DNA from: Terriglobia bacterium
Lineage (GTDB): Bacteria; Acidobacteriota; Terriglobia; Acidiferrales; UBA7541
DNA length: 64,000 bases
Reading direction: 5' to 3'
Assembly: GCA_963695545.1 (NCBI GenBank)
Contig: OY968796.1
Span: forward strand, 128,001-192,000
The notes under the pieces were generated by a model. It worked only from the letters and a program-made list of their open reading frames with translations, did not search any database and had not been told where the DNA came from. Of the stretch, positions 28,391 to 37,120 are shown in pieces. The position numbers and the translations under genes are program-made. Position 1 is the stretch's first letter; each line of letters opens with the position of its first letter.

Positions 28391-29226
28391 GCGATACCAA
28401 AACCAATGGCGACGCGCCGGTCGCCGCGCTCGCCGCGGCGATTGAAACCCACGCGCTCACGCGAATCTTCGGCGAAGTGCGCGCCGTGAACCACATTTCT
28501 TTTTCGGTACCGCACGGCGAGATTTTCGGGCTGCTCGGTCCGAACGGCGCGGGGAAAAGCACCACGATCAAGATGCTCACCACGCTGCTTGAGCCTACGT
28601 CCGGCACAGCGCGCGTGGCGGGATTCGACATCGTGGCCGCTCCGGCGGAGGTGCGGCGAAGAATTGGATACGTGCCGCAGATGCTGTCCGCCGACGGCGC
28701 GCTGACCGGCATCGAGAATCTGACGCTTTCGGCGAAGCTTTACGACATGCCGCGCGCCGAACGCAAGGTGCGCATTGCTGAAGCGCTCGAGTTTATGGGC
28801 CTTGCGGAGGCGGCCAAGAGACTCGTGCGCACGTACTCGGGAGGCATGATCCGGCGGCTCGAAGTGGCGCAGGCCATGCTTCACCGGCCGGCGGTCCTGT
28901 TTCTGGATGAGCCGACCATCGGCCTCGATCCGGTTGCGCGGCGCACGGTGTGGGACCGGCTGCGTGAACTGAAAGAACGCTACGGCATCACCGTGCTGAT
29001 CACCACGCACGATATGGACGAAGCCGAGGAACTCTGCGACGAGCTGGCCATCATGCATCAGGGAAAAATCGGAGTGATCGGCAAGCCCGCGGAACTCAAG
29101 GCGTCGCTGGGCGAAGGCGCCTCGCTCGACGACGTGTTCGCGCACTACAGCGGCGGCTCGATTCACGAAGGAGGAAATTATGGCGACATCCAACGCACAC
29201 GCCGTGTTGCCCAGCGACTCGGTTGA
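28387..29226 (+). CDS. ABC transporter ATP-binding protein (DrrA-like)
   Basis: GPNGAGKST, YSGGM, LFLDEPT; ATGA overlap with kinase. Confidence 0.93.
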   Translation: MSDTKTNGDAPVAALAAAIETHALTRIFGEVRAVNHISFSVPHGEIFGLLGPNGAGKSTTIKMLTTLLEPTSGTARVAGFDIVAAPAEVRRRIGYVPQMLSADGALTGIENLTLSAKLYDMPRAERKVRIAEALEFMGLAEAAKRLVRTYSGGMIRRLEVAQAMLHRPAVLFLDEPTIGLDPVARRTVWDRLRELKERYGITVLITTHDMDEAEELCDELAIMHQGKIGVIGKPAELKASLGEGASLDDVFAHYSGGSIHEGGNYGDIQRTRRVAQRLG

Positions 29227-30007
29227 GCCTTCGCACGTTTTCAGTCTTTTCAGGGAGAGCGCCGCGATCGCCGAAGTCGAGCTGAAAAAAGTGCTGCGCG
29301 ATCCCACGGAATTGTTCACGCGCGCGGTGCAGCCGACGCTGTGGTTGGTGGTTTTCGGTCAGGTGTTCAGCCGCGTGCGCGGCATTCCCACCGGCAACGT
29401 TTCCTACCTGGCTTTCATGACGCCCGGCATTCTGGCGCAAAGCGTTTTGTTCGCGGCGATCTTCTACGGAATCGCGGTGATCTGGGAGCGCGACCTGGGC
29501 ATCATTCACAAGTTGCTGGTAAGCCCCGCGCATCGCGCGGCGTTCGTGCTGGGCAAGGCGATCTCGTCCGGATTTCGCGGCGCGATGCAATGCGTGATCA
29601 TTTACCTGTTGGCGCTGGCCTTGCACATCCAGATTCAGTGGAAGGTATTTCCGATACTCGGCGTGTTTGCCGGCGTCGCGTTGGGCTCGGCAATTTTTGC
29701 AACGTTTTCGCTGATCATCGCGTGCATCGTGAAATCGCGCGAGCGCTTCATGGGCATCGGTCAGGTGCTGACGATGCCGCTGTTTTTCGCGAGCAACGCG
29801 ATCTATCCGCTGGCGCTGATGCCGAAGTGGCTGCGCATGGTCGCGCTGGTGAATCCGCTGACGTATCTTGTGGACGCGCTGCGCGGACTGATGATCGTCG
29901 GCGGGCAGAGCACACACGGTTTCATGAGCGATTTCGCGTTGCTCGCCGTGATTTTTGTGATCCTTGCGGCGATCGCTGCCCGGCTTTATCCAACGCTCGT
30001 GCGCTAG
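29180..30007 (+). CDS. ABC-2 type permease (DrrB-like)
   Basis: 6 TM pattern, WERDLG, PLFFASNAIYP, NPLTYLVDALR. Confidence 0.92.
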   Translation: MATSNAHAVLPSDSVEPSHVFSLFRESAAIAEVELKKVLRDPTELFTRAVQPTLWLVVFGQVFSRVRGIPTGNVSYLAFMTPGILAQSVLFAAIFYGIAVIWERDLGIIHKLLVSPAHRAAFVLGKAISSGFRGAMQCVIIYLLALALHIQIQWKVFPILGVFAGVALGSAIFATFSLIIACIVKSRERFMGIGQVLTMPLFFASNAIYPLALMPKWLRMVALVNPLTYLVDALRGLMIVGGQSTHGFMSDFALLAVIFVILAAIAARLYPTLVR

Positions 30008-30044
30008 CGGCGCTTTCGCTAACGGTAATCGTGGAGGACGACGC

Positions 30045-30947
30045 ATGGCCAAAATAAAAGCGTTCAATTTCCTGGACCGATTCCGCATCGAGAGCGGCCG
30101 CGGATTCCGGCTGAAGGATTTCGACCCGGCGGATACGCACGGATTCAAATCCAAGAAAAAGGCCGAGGATCGGCTTGAGCAAGACATCGAACGCCTGTGC
30201 GAACTGCAAAGCAAACTTTACGCGCAGGAACGCTGGGCGCTGCTGATCGTGCTGCAAGCGTTGGACGCCGCGGGCAAGGACGGCACGGTGAAGCACGTGA
30301 TGTCAGGCGTGAATCCGGAAGGCTGCGACGTGGCCTCCTTTAAGACTCCCACGCCCGAAGAGCTCGATCACGATTATTTGTGGCGAACGACGGTGCGCCT
30401 GCCGGAGCGCGGCCGGATCGGCATCTTCAATCGCTCCTACTACGAAGACGTCCTGATCCTCCGCGTGCACCCCGAGATGCTTGAAACAAATAAACTGCCG
30501 CCGTCGCTGGTCTCAAAAAAAATCTGGAAGGAACGCTACGAGGACATCAACGCATACGAACGCCACCTGGCGCGGAACGGCACGGTGATCCTGAAATTTT
30601 TCCTGCACCTTTCGCGCGAGGAGCAGCTCAAGCGATTTCTGGAACGCCTCGACCAACCGGAAAAGAATTGGAAATTTTCACTGGCCGACGTGCGCGAGCG
30701 CGCTTACTGGAAGAAATATCAGAAGGCTTACGAAGAGGCTATCCGCACCACCGCCACGCGCCGCGCGCCATGGTACGTGGTGCCGGCGGATCACAAATGG
30801 TTTTCGCGGCTGGTCGTGGCCGCGGCGATCGTCGAACAGCTCGAAGCGCTGCACCTGGCCTACCCGGTCGTCGACAAGGAAAAGCGCCGGGAACTGGCGG
30901 CGGCCAAAGAGACCTTGCTGGGAGAGAGCGACCGCGCCGCAAAATAG
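30045..30947 (+). CDS. ppk2: polyphosphate kinase 2 family protein
   Basis: QALDAAGKDG, FNRSYYEDV, KFFLHLS, APWYVVPADHKW. Confidence 0.92.
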   Translation: MAKIKAFNFLDRFRIESGRGFRLKDFDPADTHGFKSKKKAEDRLEQDIERLCELQSKLYAQERWALLIVLQALDAAGKDGTVKHVMSGVNPEGCDVASFKTPTPEELDHDYLWRTTVRLPERGRIGIFNRSYYEDVLILRVHPEMLETNKLPPSLVSKKIWKERYEDINAYERHLARNGTVILKFFLHLSREEQLKRFLERLDQPEKNWKFSLADVRERAYWKKYQKAYEEAIRTTATRRAPWYVVPADHKWFSRLVVAAAIVEQLEALHLAYPVVDKEKRRELAAAKETLLGESDRAAK

Positions 30948-30962
30948 GCTCTTTTCGCCGCT

Positions 30963-31532
30963 CTAGTTCGTCGGCGGCGGTGTGTTCGGCCCATTGCCCG
31001 GCCCGTTGCTGGGGCCGTTGTTCGGACCATTGTTCGGACCATTGCCCGGTCCGCCGCCGCGGTTCTGCATGCGTTGCTCGCGTTCCTGCTCTTCCTGATC
31101 GAATTTCGCTTTCTGCTTGTCATCGAGCACCGCGCGAATCTTGGCATTGGCGTCGGTGCGGATCTGCTCGAATTTCTGCCGCATGGCTTGGCGATCGCCG
31201 CCGGAATTGTCGTTCCGGGCGTCTTCCATCTTCTTTTGTTGGTCCACGAGAATAGGCTTGATCTGGGCCTGCTCGTCAGCCGTGAGGTTCAAGTCCGCGG
31301 TCATCTGTTTCAGGCGATCATCTGGAGACATCGGCCCTCTTTGGCCGCCGCCGCGTCCGTTCCATTGGCCCTGCCCTTGGCCTGGGCCCGACCCTTGGCC
31401 TTGACCTTGACCCTGGCCTTGGCCAGAGCCTGAGCCGTTGTCGGGAGACTGCGCCAATGCAGGTGCCGCGACGCAAAGCGGCGCCGCGAGCAGAACAGCA
31501 AGCCAGAAGCGACTGTAACGTATTGAAATCAT
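30963..31532 (-). CDS. secreted Spy/CpxP-like helical protein with GQ and GPNN low-complexity repeats
   Basis: signal peptide, LNLTADEQ..VLDDKQKAKF; RBS GAGGAGG. Confidence 0.75.
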   Translation of the reverse strand: MISIRYSRFWLAVLLAAPLCVAAPALAQSPDNGSGSGQGQGQGQGQGSGPGQGQGQWNGRGGGQRGPMSPDDRLKQMTADLNLTADEQAQIKPILVDQQKKMEDARNDNSGGDRQAMRQKFEQIRTDANAKIRAVLDDKQKAKFDQEEQEREQRMQNRGGGPGNGPNNGPNNGPSNGPGNGPNTPPPTN

Positions 31533-31659
31533 GGAGAATACCTCCTCGTTGGAGAACTCAGCTGCGGTGGGCAGGTCACCTGTGGGCCGACCCCCAGCGG
31601 ACTCTACGCCAGTCAGCGGCTCCGCAGCAAGGCTGAGAGGCGGACGGCGTTAGCGAAGA

Positions 31660-31693
31660 GAGGCCCCCAGCGCTTCCCAGTTTTGGGGGCCTC
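31660..31693 (-). terminator. hairpin, probable terminator downstream of thrB
   Basis: 10-bp stem gaggccccca/tgggggcctc; weak U-tract. Confidence 0.45.
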
Positions 31694-31775
31694 CCCTGCT
31701 TGGGTCAGTCTGAAACTGTTTCGCTTGGCGAGCGGCAAAAGTTCCCGAGAGTTTCAAGTATCCGTCTGCGTGCGT

Positions 31776-32738
31776 TCAGACGGCCGGTTTCCCGCCCACA
31801 CGAGCGCCCGGAACGCCCGCGGTCAAAACCCTGACGGTCGAGCGCATGCCGTGGCGCGCGAAGGCCGCGGCGATGTCTTCGCCGATCGCCTGGCAATGCC
31901 CGTCGGCAAAGGCGAGCACGCTTGGTCCAGCGCCGCTGAGGGCGACGCCGAGAAGGCCAGGGCGCTTGAAGAGCTCGAGCGCTTCGGCCAGGCCCGGAAC
32001 TAAGTTTCGGCGCTGCGGCTGATGCAAGCGGTCGCGCATGGCCTCACGGAGCAAATCGGGGCGGCCGGCATCTATCGCCGCGCAGAACAGCGCGACTCTT
32101 TGCAGATTGAAGACGGCGTCTTCGCGCAAAACCTCGGGGCTCAATTTCTTTCGCGAAGCGCGCGTGTCCACTTGCGCGTCGGGCGAAACGACGACGGCTC
32201 GAATCCTGTTCGGCCAGGGCCTGCGAACGACGAGGATTCCACTTGAAGCCTGCGCCAGAACGACCCAGCCACCATGCAGAGCCGCGGCGACGTTGTCGGC
32301 GTGGCCTTCGATTTCCGAAGCGCACGAGAGCAGGCGTTCGGGCCGCACGCGGCGGCCAGCGAATGCCGCGCCGATCAAAACTCCGGCGACAATCGCCGCG
32401 GCGCTGCTGCCGAGTCCGCCGCCGAGCGGAATTTCGTTGGTTACGTCGAGATCCAGCGGTGGGAGACGAAATCCTTCGCGCTCGGCGAGAAGCAGCGCCG
32501 AACGATAAATCAGATTGTCAGCTGTGCGCGGAATTGATTCGGCACCCTGGCCGGAATAATTCACGCGGCACGATTCGGGCGGTCCCGCGACCACGCGGGC
32601 GCGCACGTCAAGATAAAGGCCGAGCGCCAAGCCGAAGCAATCGAAGCCCGCGCCAAGATTCGCCGACGATGCGGGCACGCGCACGGCAATCGTTCGCGCG
32701 CGCGTTCCTGCGCTCGATTTTTTTGCGCTGCGCTTCAT
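31776..32738 (-). CDS. thrB: homoserine kinase
   Basis: PASSANLGAGFD, IPLGGGLGSSAAA, EGHADN, LSGAGPS. Confidence 0.95.
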   Translation of the reverse strand: MKRSAKKSSAGTRARTIAVRVPASSANLGAGFDCFGLALGLYLDVRARVVAGPPESCRVNYSGQGAESIPRTADNLIYRSALLLAEREGFRLPPLDLDVTNEIPLGGGLGSSAAAIVAGVLIGAAFAGRRVRPERLLSCASEIEGHADNVAAALHGGWVVLAQASSGILVVRRPWPNRIRAVVVSPDAQVDTRASRKKLSPEVLREDAVFNLQRVALFCAAIDAGRPDLLREAMRDRLHQPQRRNLVPGLAEALELFKRPGLLGVALSGAGPSVLAFADGHCQAIGEDIAAAFARHGMRSTVRVLTAGVPGARVGGKPAV

Positions 32739-34147
32739 CGAGAACGAGGCTCGGAGGACGAACGCTTCAGGTAATCGAGAATGCCCTCGCGCGTGGCCGG
32801 CACGCGTGCCGGAGGATTCGCAAACGCGCCCACGATCGGGCGCGGCTCAGCTGCTCCCGGCTCACCCTCGGGTTCCTTCAATTGCCCGGTGTGATATTTC
32901 GCAGTGTAATCGGTGTCCTTCAGAAGATGCCCGGTCAGGACGGCGACGACGGATTCGCTCTTCCGAATTCGACCGTCGGCCACAAGGCGCCGAATTCCGG
33001 CGACGGTCGTCGCGGAAGCCGGTTCGCATCCGATACCATCGCGGCCGATTACGGCCTTGGCGTCGGCGATCTCCTGCTCGGTGACGGCGAGAACCATTCC
33101 ATTCGTTTCGGCCAGCACGCGCAGTCCTCTCTGCCAGGAGACGGGCGCGCCGATGCGAATCGCCGTCGCAAGCGTGCGCGGTTCGGAGATCGGCACGATC
33201 GTCGCTTCGGGATTTCGCGCGCGTTCCGCGAACAGGCGCGCGAACGGCGCCGCGCCTTCGGCCTGAACAACGGTAAATCGCGGCAGGCGATCGATCAGTC
33301 CCCAGCGGCGCATCTCGATAAAGCCCTTGCCCAACGCGGAAATGTTGCCCAGATTTCCGCCCGGCACCACGACGTGATCCGGCACGCGCCAGCCGCGCTG
33401 CTCCATGATCTCGAACGAAACTGTTTTTTGCCCTTCGACGCGCATGGGATTGAGCGAGTTCACGAGATACAGCGATCCATCTTCGGCTAGCTCGCGCACC
33501 ACGCGCATGGCGGCGTCGAAATTGCCATCGAGCTCAAGCACCGCCGCGCCGTAATCCATGCTTTGGCCGAGCTTCGCGGAACTCACTTGGCCGCGCGGCA
33601 CCAGAATCACCGCGCGCACTCCGGCGCGCGCCGCGTACGCGGCCAAACTCGCCGCGGTGTTGCCGGTGCTGGCGCATGCGAGGGCTTGCGAGCCCAGGCG
33701 CACGGCGTGCGTCACCGCCGCCGTCATGCCCGTATCCTTGAATGAGCCGGTGGGATTCGCGCCTTGATGCTTCAGCCAAAGCTGATCGAGGCCGGAGTAA
33801 CTCGCCGCGCGCGGCGCTTCGTACAGCGGCGTATTCCCTTCGCGCAAGGTCACGAGCGGCTGCTGCGCGCCGATCGGCAGCATCTCGCGGAATCTCCAGA
33901 CGCCGCTTGAATCTTCGGGAAGATCGGACGTGCGGCGTTGCGCCCATAGTTTCGGCAGCGAAGTTCCCGCCGTCGGCGGCGCGCCCAATTCGACTTCGAG
34001 CAAGCCGCCGCAGCGCGCGCACACCACGACGCGTTCATCCAAGCCGTAATGCGCACCGCAGGACGCATCGACGCAGCGGAGTTCGGGCGCCGCGGCTGCG
34101 GCTCCCGCAATCGCGCTGGCCCCGGATTGATCGACCGCACGACTCAT
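32735..34147 (-). CDS. thrC: threonine synthase
   Basis: EGNTPL, NPTGSFKD (PLP Lys), CASTGNT, PGGNLGN, CEPASA. Confidence 0.95.
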   Translation of the reverse strand: MSRAVDQSGASAIAGAAAAAPELRCVDASCGAHYGLDERVVVCARCGGLLEVELGAPPTAGTSLPKLWAQRRTSDLPEDSSGVWRFREMLPIGAQQPLVTLREGNTPLYEAPRAASYSGLDQLWLKHQGANPTGSFKDTGMTAAVTHAVRLGSQALACASTGNTAASLAAYAARAGVRAVILVPRGQVSSAKLGQSMDYGAAVLELDGNFDAAMRVVRELAEDGSLYLVNSLNPMRVEGQKTVSFEIMEQRGWRVPDHVVVPGGNLGNISALGKGFIEMRRWGLIDRLPRFTVVQAEGAAPFARLFAERARNPEATIVPISEPRTLATAIRIGAPVSWQRGLRVLAETNGMVLAVTEQEIADAKAVIGRDGIGCEPASATTVAGIRRLVADGRIRKSESVVAVLTGHLLKDTDYTAKYHTGQLKEPEGEPGAAEPRPIVGAFANPPARVPATREGILDYLKRSSSEPRSR

Positions 34148-35676
34148 CGTTTCACTTCTCGCTGCGAGGCGCCACGCTCAGCGGCCGCGATCGCCGGTTC
34201 GGCCGGCGCGCCCATTATCGCCGACGTGCCAACCGGCATGCGTTGCGGAGCGCCCGCCGGAATTCCCTTCTCGAGATGAAATTCGTTGTGAATGCAGGAA
34301 ACGGCGCGCTGCAAAGAGTGCTCGTCGACGAGAAACGAAATGTTGTTCTCCGAAGAACCTTGCGCGATGGCGATGATGTTCACGCTTTCGCGGCCCAGCC
34401 GGCCGAACACGCGCCCCGCGACGCCCGTCGCACCGCGCATGTTATCTCCGACGACCGCGACGATCGCGACTTTGTCGTTCACGTGAATGTGATCGAGCTC
34501 AATCGGCCGCACTCCGAGAAGAAACGTGCGGCGCAGCGCTTCGACCGTGCGCTTGGCGTCGGCCGAATGGATCACGAAGCAAATATCGTCCTGCGACGAC
34601 GCCTGCGAGATCAGCAGAATGCGCGCGCGCGCTTCGGCCGTCGCCGCAAATGTCCAAGCGGCCACTTCGGGAACCCCGATGATGCCCGGGCCGCCGACGG
34701 TCAGCAAAGTGACATCGCGAATCGCCGTCACGGCCTTCACGCCTTCGAGCGTCGGATGACTATCGGGTCCAATCATGGTGCCGCGCGTCTCCGGCGAAAA
34801 ACTATTGCGAATCCACACCGGAATGCCGCGCCGGCGAACCGGATGCAGCGTGCTGGGATGCAATACTTTGGCGCCGAAAAAAGCCAGCTCCGCCGCTTCG
34901 TTGTATGAAATGTCGAGAAGCAGCGTGGCGTCGGGCACTAAACGCGGATCGGCGGTAAGCACGCCATCCACATCGGTCCAAATGATTACGTCGGCGGCGT
35001 CTAAAGCAGCGCCCAAAATCGTGCCCGTAAGGTCCGAGCCGCCGCGGCCGAGGGTGGTCGGCGTGCCGTCTTTGGCCGCCGCGATGTAGCCGGTGACCAC
35101 GGGCACCAATCCCGCGCGCAACCGAGGCACGAGCGCGGATTGCGCGCGCCCGCGCGTTTCGCTCTCGAGCGGAAGCGCGCCACCGTGCGTGTCGTCGGTG
35201 ACGATCACTTCGGTGGCTTCGACGGCTTCGCAGCGCACGCCAAGCGATTCGAGGGTTGCGGCCATCAATCGCACGGACAATCGTTCGCCGGCGCCAGAAA
35301 TGGAATCGAGAGTTCGCGGCGTCAGCTCGCGCAGCCAGGCCACGCCGCGGCAGCTGTTCGCCACTTCCTCGATGATCGCATCGATCTGCGACTGCAATGC
35401 GGCGCGGCGCACCGGATCGGTGACGAGCGCGGCGAGCGTTTCGGTGTGTTTGGCGGCCAGAAGACGGGCCAGTTTGTCGGCAGCGCTCTTATCGCCGCCT
35501 GCAGAGCGATGCGCGGCATCCACCAAAGCGTTGGTGACGCCGGCCATTGCGGAAACCACCACGACGATTTCGCGCTCAGGAATTGCGGCCGCCACAATTT
35601 CGGCGGCCTTGCGAATGCGCTCCGCGCTGCCGACGGACGTGCCACCGAACTTCATCACTTGTAGCGGACGAATCAT
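34144..35676 (-). CDS. lysC: monofunctional aspartate kinase with ACT domains
   Basis: KFGGTSV, TTLGRGGSD, WTDVDG, GAKVLHP, QGSSENNIS; no homoserine dehydrogenase domain. Confidence 0.9.
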   Translation of the reverse strand: MIRPLQVMKFGGTSVGSAERIRKAAEIVAAAIPEREIVVVVSAMAGVTNALVDAAHRSAGGDKSAADKLARLLAAKHTETLAALVTDPVRRAALQSQIDAIIEEVANSCRGVAWLRELTPRTLDSISGAGERLSVRLMAATLESLGVRCEAVEATEVIVTDDTHGGALPLESETRGRAQSALVPRLRAGLVPVVTGYIAAAKDGTPTTLGRGGSDLTGTILGAALDAADVIIWTDVDGVLTADPRLVPDATLLLDISYNEAAELAFFGAKVLHPSTLHPVRRRGIPVWIRNSFSPETRGTMIGPDSHPTLEGVKAVTAIRDVTLLTVGGPGIIGVPEVAAWTFAATAEARARILLISQASSQDDICFVIHSADAKRTVEALRRTFLLGVRPIELDHIHVNDKVAIVAVVGDNMRGATGVAGRVFGRLGRESVNIIAIAQGSSENNISFLVDEHSLQRAVSCIHNEFHLEKGIPAGAPQRMPVGTSAIMGAPAEPAIAAAERGASQREVKR

Positions 35677-36800
35677 CGACGTTCCTTGCTTCCCGCAACC
35701 TGCGCGGCGGATGCGCCCGACGGCGCTGCCGACTCGAGCAATCCCTGCGCCAGCAGCAACTCGGCATTCAGAATCGCCGCGCCTGCCGCGCCGCGAATCG
35801 TGTTGTGCCCGAGCACGACGAATCGATAATCCAGCACATTGTCCGGAAACAGACGGCCCACGGTCACGCTCATTCCGCCGCCCGCGTCGCGATCAAGACG
35901 CGGCTGCGGCCGGTCCTTCTCGCTGCGCACCAGCACGGGACGCGCCGGAGCCGTGCGCAACTTCAATTCCTGCGGCAGGCCCACAAAATTTTCCATCGCG
36001 CGCCGCACATTATCGATCGTTCCAGGTCGAGAGAGCTTCACGCGCGTGGCCACCATATGCCCGTCGGTGACGTCGACGCGATGGCATTGCGCACTGATGC
36101 GCAGCGGCGCGCCGGCGATCGTCATTCCGGAAACCGAGGCCGAAACCTTGCCCAGAATCTTGCGCACTTCGCGCTCCATTTTCTCCTCTTCCTGGGCGAT
36201 ATAGGGCATCACATTATCCGCGATATCGAGAGAGGCAACGCCCGGGTAGCCTGCGCCGGAAAGCGCCTGCAGCGTCGTCGCGGTCACGCTTTCGATTCCG
36301 AACTCCGCTTCGAGCGGCGCGAGCGCGAGCGCCAGAATGATCGTCGAACAATTCGGATTGGTGACCAGATAGCCGCGGCCAAAGCCGCGATTGCGGCGCT
36401 GCGCTTCGATCAGCGCCAGATGACCCGGATTGATTTCCGGAATCAGCAGCGGCACATCGGAATCCATGCGCCACGCCGCCGAATTGCTGACCACCGGATA
36501 TCCGGCGCGCGCGAATTTCTCTTCCACGTCGCGCGCCGAATCCGAAGGCAAACTCGAAAACACGAAATCGCAATCGAGCGGAGGTTCCGGTGCTTCGACC
36601 GGCAGGGCTCTTGCGATCGCCGGAATTTCGCCGGGCAGGCGCCAGGTGCACGCCTGCGCATAGGTCTTTCCCTGCGAGCGATCCGACGCCGCCAGCGCGG
36701 TGACCTCGAATTGCGGATGATTTTCGAGCAATTGCAGGAATCGCTGGCCGACTGTGCCGGTTGCGCCGAGAATTGCCGCACGAATTTTTCGCGGTGCCAT
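35673..36800 (-). CDS. asd: aspartate-semialdehyde dehydrogenase (archaeal/fungal-like type)
   Basis: GATGTVGQRF, NPNCST, QALSGAGYPG, HNTIRGAAG. Confidence 0.95.
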   Translation of the reverse strand: MAPRKIRAAILGATGTVGQRFLQLLENHPQFEVTALAASDRSQGKTYAQACTWRLPGEIPAIARALPVEAPEPPLDCDFVFSSLPSDSARDVEEKFARAGYPVVSNSAAWRMDSDVPLLIPEINPGHLALIEAQRRNRGFGRGYLVTNPNCSTIILALALAPLEAEFGIESVTATTLQALSGAGYPGVASLDIADNVMPYIAQEEEKMEREVRKILGKVSASVSGMTIAGAPLRISAQCHRVDVTDGHMVATRVKLSRPGTIDNVRRAMENFVGLPQELKLRTAPARPVLVRSEKDRPQPRLDRDAGGGMSVTVGRLFPDNVLDYRFVVLGHNTIRGAAGAAILNAELLLAQGLLESAAPSGASAAQVAGSKERR

Positions 36801-36883
36801 GGCTCCTCTTTCCTTTTCCCTGTCGGGCGTTTCTGGTTCGGCCTCGCTCGCCGCCGTGTCAACGGTGCCGCAGCGCCGGAGGC

Positions 36884-36928
36884 CAAAAACGCAAACGGCC
36901 CGCCGGCTTCATCCGCCGCGGGCCGCTT
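36884..36928 (-). terminator. attenuator terminator of the thr operon leader
   Basis: minus strand gcggcccgcggc-ggatgaa-gccggcgggccg then tttgcgttttt. Confidence 0.75.
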
Positions 36929-36956
36929 CGAGGAGACTTACGATTGCCGTCCTGCC

Positions 36957-37055
36957 TTAACTTGCCTCCCCCGCACGGTCCGCGGCGCGCGTCGTGGAGG
37001 TCGAACCTCCACGGCCAATAATCGACGTGCCGGTCGTGCGGGTGAAAGAAATCAT
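36957..37055 (-). CDS. Thr/Ile-rich leader peptide (thrL-like), not in the ORF track
   Basis: hand translation MISFTRTTGTSIIGRGGSTSTTRAADRAGEAS* (7 Thr, 3 Ile), just before the terminator. Confidence 0.7.
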   Translation of the reverse strand: MISFTRTTGTSIIGRGGSTSTTRAADRAGEAS

Positions 37056-37120
37056 TGCGAAGTTATGATAAAACATTCCATCGCAAAGTCAAGGATCAAG
37101 GTGCCGCGCTGCGCCGGGAA

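Noticed and set aside
30975..31440. GQ and GPNN tandem repeats as a RiPP precursor or contingency locus
   Set aside because: They are in-frame low-complexity linkers flanking a Spy-like domain, with no modifying enzymes adjacent.
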